Virus record (IMG/VR): IMGVR_UViG_3300033149_005336
Location: 1-59,039 of that record
Source: a virus
Lineage: Duplodnaviria > Caudoviricetes
Reading direction: 5' to 3' (one strand)
Length of the DNA stretch: 59,039 nt
A program made the position numbers and the translations under genes. Within the stretch, counting starts at the first letter, position 1; every line of letters begins with the position of its first letter. Under the pieces are notes generated by a model. It saw only the letters and a program-made list of their open reading frames with translations, was not told where the DNA came from and ran no database searches. Shown in pieces: positions 1 to 6,862 of the stretch.

Positions 1-231
1 GAATACGGGATGCAACTGGCCGCTTACGGTACGGCGTGGGCGGGAGAGTCCTGCGCGTGCTTTCTGGCGAACGTCTTGGTTTCCACGAGCGAGCCGGGCC
101 GGATCGAACTCGTCGACTGGACGGATCGCAAAGATGAGATGTGGGCCAGATTCGAGGCACGGCTGCACACGTGGATATTGGATCATCACTATGATCCAGC
201 AGAATGGGAGGTAAAGAAAAATGCCAGTTAG
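1..231 (+). CDS. C-terminal part of PD-(D/E)XK exonuclease (duplicate of the 3' end of 58127-58915)
   Basis: MQLAAYG...YDPAEWEV nearly identical to the C-terminus of 58127-58915. Confidence 0.85.
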   Translation, partial: EYGMQLAAYGTAWAGESCACFLANVLVSTSEPGRIELVDWTDRKDEMWARFEARLHTWILDHHYDPAEWEVKKNAS

Positions 232-355
232 AATCCACGGGAAAGAATACGCCACCGTTGCCGAGCGATTAAGCAAGTTTCGCAAGGACCACCCCGATTG
301 GAGTTTGCTGACCGAGGTAGTGACGCTGGAGCCAGATCATTGTTGCTTGCGGGCC
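1..355. repeat. Terminal direct repeat, left copy (genome circularisation overlap)
   Basis: Aligns without gaps to 58685-59039 with 13 substitutions (positions 32,81,112,126,132,134,135,168,171,188,215,220,241). Confidence 0.95.
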
Positions 356-905
356 GACCGAGGTAGTGACGCTGGAGCCAGATCATTGTTGCTTGCGGGC
401 CGTGGTCAAGGACGCAGAGGGTCGGGAATTAGCGACCGGTATGGCCTTCGAGCGAGTGAATGGCTCGCAAATCAATCGCACGAGTCACGTAGAGAATTGC
501 GAAACCAGCGCGTGGGGTCGGGCCTTGGCAAATCTGGGCTACGATCCTGATGCGGCTGTCGCCAGTGCCGAGGAAATGGCCCTGGCGATGGAACGCCAAG
601 CGAATCATTCCAATGGCGGGGCTACGAAGCCGACCACCCAGAAAACTGCCCAGAAAAAAGACCGCACCGACAAATTGTCTGCCGCCGATAAACGGCGGAT
701 CGCCGCCCACCTGAACGGACTGTGCGACAGCCTGAACATCGAGAAGATCACCCAAGACCCCTTATGGGCGCGCTATTTTGTCGGCTTCCTCCTGAGTCGT
801 TACGAGGACGTCAAGGGCGTTCTGGTCAACGTGGACCAGAACAACTTTTTCGAACTATACCAAGAGGCCAACAATGCCTGGCAAGGTCTGGCAAAATCGG
901 CATGA
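221..905 (+). CDS. Rad52/Sak-like single-strand annealing protein, frameshifted by a 46-bp duplication
   Basis: MPVRIHGKEYATVAERL (221 frame) joins RAVVKDAEG...ENCETSAWGRALANLG (366 frame) once 356-401 is removed; follows the exonuclease. Confidence 0.7.
310..401. repeat. Exact 46-bp tandem duplication (310-355 = 356-401)
   Basis: GACCGAGGTAG...CTTGCGGGCC repeated exactly where the terminal overlap ends. Confidence 0.95.
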
Positions 906-929
906 CGCCCCCCGGCGCTCGGTTCTCCG

Positions 930-1032
930 GCCCGGTACCGGTGTGGTGGCGAGGATTGTGGTCCGAGCGCCGCAAGGTTTCATAAATGCCACAACTCGCC
1001 GAGAACGGCGGTTCGACTCCGCTGGCCGGGCG
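930..1032 (+). ncRNA. tRNA-like RNA TL1 (acceptor + T arm, long internal hairpin)
   Basis: GCCCGGT/GCCGGGC stem, GGCGG-TTCGACT-CCGCT T arm, internal GGCGAG..TTGTGGT/GCCACAA-CTCGCC stem. Confidence 0.55.
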
Positions 1033-1200
1033 TGTGTTTGGAAACCCCCCGCATCGCGTGATGCGGGCCTCACGTCGGGGACGGCGTGAGTATCTGTTCC
1101 CAATTCGACACGCCGGCCTCGGATTGGGTTAGGGCGACACCTGCCAAGTGAGTGGTGTGACGGCCGGGAGAGACCGGCAAATATTTGCCAAGGGAAAGCT

Positions 1201-1521
1201 ATGGCCAAGAAGGGAAAATATTTTATCACCAAGCCACACGAAAGAGATGAGTTCATGATTGAAGTGTGGTCGGTTGATCCGAGAAATGGAGGGCGGTTTG
1301 CCCTGTGGACTATGCTTCCCCGTGACTTCTTTTGTGATGTGTGCTCGCATAACTTCTATGAGCGATTGCAACAAGGCGAGCAACTGAAGCTGACGCTGGC
1401 GGAAGTAGAAGACGACGAAGATGAGAAAGCTCGCCTGCCATGTGCAGGAGGAGTTCCGGCGTCGTCCCCTACGGCGGGGGGCGACGCCAGCCGTGGCCCC
1501 GTGGCGAAACTAGTATGGTAA
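1201..1521 (+). CDS. Hypothetical protein
   Basis: ATG with AAGGGA upstream; co-oriented with the operon. Confidence 0.55.
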   Translation: MAKKGKYFITKPHERDEFMIEVWSVDPRNGGRFALWTMLPRDFFCDVCSHNFYERLQQGEQLKLTLAEVEDDEDEKARLPCAGGVPASSPTAGGDASRGPVAKLVW

Positions 1522-1606
1522 ACGCACACCGGACGCGGTGATTTGCGCGACAGTGAACGGAAAAAGGATAACGGCGCAAATGCAGGTTCGAGTCCTGCCG
1601 GGGCCA
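1495..1606 (+). ncRNA. tRNA-like RNA TL2 (Leu-type frame, no anticodon loop)
   Basis: GGCCCCG/CGGGGCC acceptor, TGGCGAAA..GGTAAACGC D arm, GCAGG-TTCGAGT-CCTGC T arm; CACCG-GACG-CGGTG in place of the anticodon arm. Confidence 0.7.
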
Positions 1607-1685
1607 ATGACGTGAAGCGGGGACGGCCTAGGACGATGTAGCAACGGTGCCGGGTAGGACCCCCGCAAATGCCCGGCACCACTAT

Positions 1686-1737
1686 GGCGTTTCGGTAACC
1701 AGGCCGACGACAGCGGGTTCAAGTCCCGCGGGCGCCG
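1686..1737 (+). ncRNA. Minimal tRNA-like RNA TL3
   Basis: GGCGTTT/GGGCGCC acceptor and GCGGG-TTCAAGT-CCCGC T arm with only one small hairpin between. Confidence 0.5.
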
Positions 1738-1803
1738 ATGAAGTGTAATAGGTGGGTACGTTAGTAGGGATGCCGACGTAAATTACGCACGGAGGCGCCT
1801 ATC

Positions 1804-2292
1804 ATGGCAGAATATGCGGGAATTGCAATGGCGGACGGGACGATCGTGTTCCCGCACGACCAACGCCGCCGCAAGTATATTACCCGCCACGCCGGCCGCT
1901 GGGTCCGTGAAACCCTCAAGCCCATCCAGGCCGCCAATCCCAAGACGCAATACCAGCTAGGCTATTACTGGGGCCTCTTGCTACCGGAGATCGCCGACGA
2001 ACTGCGCCGCCAAGGTCAGACGATCACCCTGCGACTGGGCGGTCGGCCGGTGGAAATCATCCCGACCGACGAAGACGTCCACGAGGCGGTCACGCAGCTA
2101 TGCGGCCGGATCGGACCGAACGCCGAGCCGAAACGCCTCAGTGAGTGCGACCTGCACGATTGTATCCGCTGGATCGACAACGTCCTCGACCTGGCGGCGA
2201 TGCTGGGCATGGACGTGGAACGACTCAAATCCTGGAGAGATAGTAATGCCGAACTTCAATCGCGTGATTCTCGTCGGACATCTCACTCGTGA
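1804..2292 (+). CDS. NinB/YbcN-like recombination protein
   Basis: KTQYQLGYYWG...EDVHE...KRLSECDLHDCIRWIDNV pattern; GGAGG RBS; between SSAP and SSB. Confidence 0.55.
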   Translation: MAEYAGIAMADGTIVFPHDQRRRKYITRHAGRWVRETLKPIQAANPKTQYQLGYYWGLLLPEIADELRRQGQTITLRLGGRPVEIIPTDEDVHEAVTQLCGRIGPNAEPKRLSECDLHDCIRWIDNVLDLAAMLGMDVERLKSWRDSNAELQSRDSRRTSHS

Positions 2293-2662
2293 TGTAGAGA
2301 TGCAACATCTTCCCAGTGGCACCACGGTTGCCGACATCGGTTTGGCCGTCAATCGCAAGTGGAACGGCGGCGACGAGGTCAGCTACTTCAACGCTACGGC
2401 TTTCGGGCGGACGGCGGAAGTCGTAACCCAATACTGCCGTAAAGGCGACCCCATTCTCATCGAGGGCTACTTGAAACAGGACCGATGGGAGGACCGCGAC
2501 GGGAACCGCCGGACTGCGATCAAGGTGATTGTCGATTCAGTTCAGTTTCTCGGTCGGTCGGGACAGGCGGCCGCCGCCCCTGCGGCACCGCCAGCGCCGG
2601 AACCGGCCGCACCGGAACCACCGGTTGAGCCACCGCTAACCGATGATGATATTCCCTTCTGA
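2246..2662 (+). CDS. ssb: Single-stranded DNA-binding protein
   Basis: FNRVILVGHLTRD OB-fold start, KGDPILIEG, acidic DDDIPF tail. Confidence 0.97.
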   Translation: MPNFNRVILVGHLTRDVEMQHLPSGTTVADIGLAVNRKWNGGDEVSYFNATAFGRTAEVVTQYCRKGDPILIEGYLKQDRWEDRDGNRRTAIKVIVDSVQFLGRSGQAAAAPAAPPAPEPAAPEPPVEPPLTDDDIPF

Positions 2663-2680
2663 CATCAGGAGGATCGTGAG

Positions 2681-3022
2681 ATGCTGATATGTGACGCTTG
2701 CGGCATGACCTACACCGATAACACGTATCGGGAGGGCAACGACTGCCTGCGACCGGGCTGCAAGGGGAGGATGTACCCCAAAGGTCATATTCGTTATGCC
2801 ATCGAAAAAGTCGTCAGGGTGGACCACCGTAAGTGGACGACGAAGAAACCTGTTTCATGTCGGGTAGACATCAGCCGTTTCCAAATCTCCCCAGACGGGA
2901 AGGAGGCTGGAGAAACCAAATCGGCGATCATGCTATACGGTCACGGGGACGCTGAAATCACTGATCGAGTGGCTGCTGAGGCAAACTTGATCATAAAAAT
3001 CCTCACCGAAAAACAAATATAA
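2681..3022 (+). CDS. Hypothetical Zn-ribbon protein
   Basis: CDAC...CLRPGC; AGGAGG RBS. Confidence 0.7.
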   Translation: MLICDACGMTYTDNTYREGNDCLRPGCKGRMYPKGHIRYAIEKVVRVDHRKWTTKKPVSCRVDISRFQISPDGKEAGETKSAIMLYGHGDAEITDRVAAEANLIIKILTEKQI

Positions 3023-3039
3023 GATAGGGAAAATGTGAC

Positions 3040-3885
3040 ATGAAACGTAGCGCTTGGGAGCACCCGAAATTCGACAGATTGATGGAGATTCTCGGTATCT
3101 CCTATCACGAGGCTGTGGGCATCATGGAGTGCATCTGGCACTGCACAAGTTTGTTCGCTCCTCAGGGGAATTTGGGAGAAATTCTAAATGATAAGCAAAT
3201 TCTACTGAAATCTCGCATAAATAAATACAAATCAAATCGAATTATAAATGCACTTTGCGAGGCCGGCTTTCTCGACCGTGACGAAAAGCGCCGCTTGTTA
3301 GTCCATGACTGGCATGAACATGCGCCGGATTGGGTCAAGAAGAAACTCAAGCGAGAGGGCTTGCCTTTCCTGACATTGTCCGGTCAGTGTCCGGACAAGG
3401 ACCGGACAAAATCCGGTCTTCCTATGCCTATGCCTATGCCTAAGGGTACTAACCCCCCCTGTAGTCCCCCCCTAGGTGATGGCGGACAACGACCGGACAA
3501 CCAAGCGCCACCGCCAGGGCCGCCGGAGGATACCCCGGAGGTCTTGCCGGACTTTCAGGCCGCCTCGCCGCCGGAGGACCATCCGGCCACCGACGACGAG
3601 CGGCGGGTGTTGGAGGCTTGGCTGGAGCACACGGGCAAGACGATGGCGACGCTCAGCCAGCGGATGCGGACGACCCTGGTGCGAGCGGTGCGCGATTACC
3701 TCGGGCCGTACACGGCCAAGGAACTCTGCGAGATCATCCCCAAGCTGAACCGCCGCACGCCTTGGTTCGGTGCGGCCATGCTCGAGTGGCAGAAACGCCA
3801 TGCCGGGCGCGCCGGACCCGACACGATGAGTCCTGAGCGGCGGGCGGCGATGGAGGCGGCAATGAAGCGAGCAGGTGCAATATGA
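3040..3885 (+). CDS. Phage replication initiator (lambda O/DnaD-like organisation)
   Basis: HPKF..L N-terminal winged helix, LVHDWHEH motif, Pro-rich linker carrying iteron-like repeats; follows ssb. Confidence 0.7.
   Translation: MKRSAWEHPKFDRLMEILGISYHEAVGIMECIWHCTSLFAPQGNLGEILNDKQILLKSRINKYKSNRIINALCEAGFLDRDEKRRLLVHDWHEHAPDWVKKKLKREGLPFLTLSGQCPDKDRTKSGLPMPMPMPKGTNPPCSPPLGDGGQRPDNQAPPPGPPEDTPEVLPDFQAASPPEDHPATDDERRVLEAWLEHTGKTMATLSQRMRTTLVRAVRDYLGPYTAKELCEIIPKLNRRTPWFGAAMLEWQKRHAGRAGPDTMSPERRAAMEAAMKRAGAI
3377..3500. repeat. Iteron-like repeats inside the initiator gene (candidate origin)
   Basis: Clustered (T/A)CCGG(A/T)CA and TGTCCGG motifs, plus (CCTATG)x3. Confidence 0.5.
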
Positions 3886-4056
3886 GCATGGCGGAAAACG
3901 CACGAGAATGGCCCAGAATCGACGAACGCAAAAAAGACGACCCGGAAGACCACCCAAGGCGAGTTTTTTTCTAAGGTGCCCAAATTAAGGGGTTTTTCGA
4001 GCTTCCCGTGGATTCTGTGGCAGGGTTAAACCCCGCAGGAGCCGAAGGCGAGCAAA

Positions 4057-4704
4057 ATGAGCATCGAAACCATCCTGACCGAGTTGTACACAAACGTCAA
4101 GCCGGGCATCGTGGTCGAGGCCGAGAGCTACTGCGCCCAGCACGGCGTCAACGACGCGGAGTTCCAAGCGGCATTGACGAGTTACCGCATGAAGTCTGGA
4201 AACTCGCGGCGATTCTGTCCGACGATTTGGGACCTGGTGCCCTATTTGCCTAAGCGAGCACAGCAGCCGCAACGGTGTTTGGGAGATCTGAACGCGTTTA
4301 TCAGCGAGATAGAATATTTCGGCTGGCGCCGCGCCTTGCAGTTGGCGTTTCGACAGGATGGTCGGTTCGCCGAGTTTCTCCGCATGATGGGCATCGACGA
4401 GCAGACTCCCCCTTATGCCGAACACCTGTGGCTGCCGGAGGATTTCCGCTGGCTCGCCGAGTATTGGCGGCTGATCCACGTTGAACTCAACTTGATTGCG
4501 GCCTATCGCTACGCGATCAAGCATGCCAACGAGAAAGCACGCCTGTGCTACCGCCGCCGGTTGGCGTGGTTGGAGACGACTGATCCCGCCGAGCATTGGC
4601 GACATCACGAGTATCTGCGGCATTATCGCGCGGGACGCATTGATCGATGGGCGAGACTCCCAACGATGCCGGCAAACCACCAAGCAAATGAGGTGCCGTT
4701 TTGA
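4057..4704 (+). CDS. Hypothetical protein
   Basis: 215-aa ORF overlapping the next start. Confidence 0.7.
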   Translation: MSIETILTELYTNVKPGIVVEAESYCAQHGVNDAEFQAALTSYRMKSGNSRRFCPTIWDLVPYLPKRAQQPQRCLGDLNAFISEIEYFGWRRALQLAFRQDGRFAEFLRMMGIDEQTPPYAEHLWLPEDFRWLAEYWRLIHVELNLIAAYRYAIKHANEKARLCYRRRLAWLETTDPAEHWRHHEYLRHYRAGRIDRWARLPTMPANHQANEVPF

Positions 4705-4973
4705 AGATGCTAACCAAAACAGAGCGGGAATTGCTAATGCAACTCCAATCCGACATTGAGCGATACTTGGGCTATCGCCGCTTGATCGCCAAGCGAATGC
4801 CAATCGAGGCGCCTATGCTCATCGACCACCTGACGCAAACGATGAGTCTGCGGAAGCTGGCCCGGAAGATCGACCGCTCGGCGTGCTACCTGTCGGCCGT
4901 CAGAACGGGGCGGGTGATCTGTTCGCCGGAAGTGTTCCTGCGGCTGATGAGCGTGTGGGAGAAAAGCTCATGA
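4701..4973 (+). CDS. HTH DNA-binding protein
   Basis: MSLRKLARKIDRSACYLSAVRTG XRE-like HTH. Confidence 0.75.
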   Translation: MKMLTKTERELLMQLQSDIERYLGYRRLIAKRMPIEAPMLIDHLTQTMSLRKLARKIDRSACYLSAVRTGRVICSPEVFLRLMSVWEKSS

Positions 4974-5464
4974 TGGTCTTAGGTATTGATCCCGGCAAAG
5001 ACGGCTATCTAGCCGCCTTGGACGACGGCGTGTTGTACGCCACCTGGCCGATGCCGACGATCCGTACCGGCAAGGGCAACCGTCGTGATTACGACGTGGG
5101 CAAGATGGCGGCCATTGTGGACGATCTGCGGCCCGGTCTTGTCGTGCTGGAAAAACAACAGGCGATGCCCGGGCAAGGTGTGGCCTCGATGTTCTCGACG
5201 GGTGTGGGGTTCGGCCTATGGTTGGGGATTCTGGCCGCCCTGAAGATTCGCTACGAAGTGGTCCATCCCCGCACGTGGCAACGGGCGCTTTGTCGAGACA
5301 TTGCCGGCGAGCCGAAGGCCCGGGCACTGATCGCCGCCAGACGATTGTTTCCCGGCGTGGACCTGCGCGGCAGTGAGCGGAGTCGCAAGGATCATGCCGG
5401 CAAAGTCGATGCCCTGCTGATCGCGTATTACGGGAGTATCCATCATGACCAGACTGATTTGTGA
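4970..5464 (+). CDS. RuvC-like Holliday junction resolvase
   Basis: VLGIDPG, VVLEKQ, GVASMFSTG, VHPRTWQ, DALLIA motifs. Confidence 0.9.
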   Translation: MMVLGIDPGKDGYLAALDDGVLYATWPMPTIRTGKGNRRDYDVGKMAAIVDDLRPGLVVLEKQQAMPGQGVASMFSTGVGFGLWLGILAALKIRYEVVHPRTWQRALCRDIAGEPKARALIAARRLFPGVDLRGSERSRKDHAGKVDALLIAYYGSIHHDQTDL

Positions 5465-5474
5465 CGAATGCGGC

Positions 5475-5687
5475 CACGAGCCGGAGGCGTTGTGAAAACC
5501 CGACACCCGTTGCGAGCCAGAGAAAGGGTGTGAAAACCAAATAAGCGATGCGAACCGAGGTGGTGTTGAAAACCAAAGCAATTATGCGAGCCAGGTTATA
5601 CATGAAACCCATATCGCCGTTGCGAGCCACACGCAAAATGAAAACCATTTTGTTCTTGCGAACCGAAGGGAGCAAGTATGAAAACCG
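5475..5687 (+). repeat. TIGR-like guide array, upstream part (5 full 36/38-nt units plus one half unit)
   Basis: Alternating edge repeats TGCGA(G/A)CC(A/G) and loop repeats TGAAA(A/C)CC(A/C/G) separated by unique, mostly 9-nt spacers. Confidence 0.93.
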
Positions 5688-6463
5688 ATGAAGTCAAACT
5701 GCTTGTCCGCGGCCTCTACGACGTGCAAAAGCTGCGTATCCAATTGCAGCTACGTATTGAGCGCCTGGTCCGCGACGAGATCGCCACAAAAGAACAAGCC
5801 GAGGCGTTCTTCAAGGTGCCGTTTGAGCATTTCACTACGGCAGAGAAACACATGGAAAAACAGGTCTGGCAATTGGTCAAGGACATGCCCATCGTCAAGG
5901 ATTGGCTACACTACGTCAAAGGAATCGGGCCGCGGTTGTCGGGGCTGTTGGTAGCGAATATTTATCCCATTGAACGGTTTGAGACGCCAAGTCGCCTGTG
6001 GGCCTATGCGGGGATGCACGTCATCGACGGTCGGGCCGTCAAGCGGAAATTGGGTGAGAAAGCCAACTGGAACGCGGAGTTAAGAGAAACGGTCTGGAAG
6101 ATCGGCTGTTCGTTCGTCAAGACAGACGGGGCCTACCGGAAAATCTACGATCGTTACAAGGCCCGCATCACCGAGCGGGAGTTGCAGCGCGGTACGTTGC
6201 GCTGGGAAGACACCGAGGAAGGGCCGCAACTGGTGGGAGTGAATCCCAAGGAAATGTGCCCCGGCCGTATCAACAATATGGCGATCCGCTATGTCGGCAA
6301 GTTGTTGCTCTCGCATTTGTGGCAGGTCTGGCGGGAAATGGAGGGGTTGCCGTGCCGGCCGATATACTGCACGGCATACCTGAACCACATGACCCATTTA
6401 AACCCTTGGGATTTCATTGAGAAACCCAGGCATAAGCAACGACAAAAACAGAGGGCAGGATAG
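5678..6463 (+). CDS. tasA: TIGR-associated Nop/IS110-like RNA-binding protein without a nuclease domain (TasA-like)
   Basis: Coiled coil (YDVQKLRIQLQLRI), HhH VKGIGP, RFETPSRLWAYAGM, YRKIYDRYK, AIRYVGKLLLSHLWQVWR; no N-terminal DEDD or HNH; embedded in the array. Confidence 0.88.
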   Translation: MKTDEVKLLVRGLYDVQKLRIQLQLRIERLVRDEIATKEQAEAFFKVPFEHFTTAEKHMEKQVWQLVKDMPIVKDWLHYVKGIGPRLSGLLVANIYPIERFETPSRLWAYAGMHVIDGRAVKRKLGEKANWNAELRETVWKIGCSFVKTDGAYRKIYDRYKARITERELQRGTLRWEDTEEGPQLVGVNPKEMCPGRINNMAIRYVGKLLLSHLWQVWREMEGLPCRPIYCTAYLNHMTHLNPWDFIEKPRHKQRQKQRAG

Positions 6464-6538
6464 CCACGTTAATCTTGAACCCCAAAATCGGGTTGCGAGC
6501 CATTGAAAATTTGGAAACCAAATGAGTTACGCGATTAG
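6458..6538 (+). repeat. TIGR-like guide array, downstream part (2 units)
   Basis: GGATAGCCA-cgttaatct-TGAACCCCA-aaatcgggt-TGCGAGCCA-ttgaaaatt-TGGAAACCA-aatgagtta-CGCGA, exact 9/9 spacing. Confidence 0.85.
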
Positions 6539-6632
6539 GCCCCGTGGCGGAATTGGTAGACGCTCTGGTTGTGAGCCGCTGCATTAGCAGAAAAGGCACT
6601 ACGTTTTGCAGGTTCGAGTCCTGCCGGGGCCG
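6538..6632 (+). ncRNA. tRNA-like RNA TL4 (Leu-type frame, defective anticodon arm)
   Basis: GGCCCCG-TGGCGGAATTGGTAGACGC...GCAGGTTCGAGTCCTGC-CGGGGCC; anticodon stem only 3 bp around TTGTGAG. Confidence 0.7.
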
Positions 6633-6649
6633 AAGAGATTGGGGCATCG

Positions 6650-6862
6650 TTGATGGAAACAGAATATGAATGCAAATCTTGTGGGAGAAAGAGATGGATT
6701 AAGGGTCGTCCCCAAGACGATGGTTGGGCTGAGATTCGCAACAACGAGGATCGATTTTACATGTGCGAATGGTGCTTTGGTAGGCGTTTTCACCGATGGT
6801 TCTACGGGCAATTGTATGAACCGTTATGGACGGGGTTTCCAGGACGGATAAAGGCGATATGA
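6650..6862 (+). CDS. Small Zn-finger protein
   Basis: CKSC...CEWC. Confidence 0.6.
   Translation: MMETEYECKSCGRKRWIKGRPQDDGWAEIRNNEDRFYMCEWCFGRRFHRWFYGQLYEPLWTGFPGRIKAI

Noticed and set aside
1-355. DGR template/variable repeat pair with 58685-59039
   Set aside because: Mismatches are not adenine-specific in either copy, no reverse transcriptase is present, and the copies sit at contig ends.
3882-4056. Programmed frameshift at the T-run near 3964-3970
   Set aside because: Alternative frames give only short peptides with no recognisable product.
5475-5687. CRISPR array
   Set aside because: Repeats and spacers are only 9 nt, two repeat types alternate, and no cas genes are present; fits TIGR architecture instead.
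5678-6463. IS110 transposase / insertion sequence
   Set aside because: No N-terminal DEDD RuvC domain or catalytic SG loop; only the RNA-binding part is present, with an array in place of a bridge RNA.
6538-6632. Functional tRNA-His(GTG) or tRNA-Leu
   Set aside because: Anticodon stem forms only 3 bp and the Leu-type body conflicts with a GTG loop; kept as tRNA-like.
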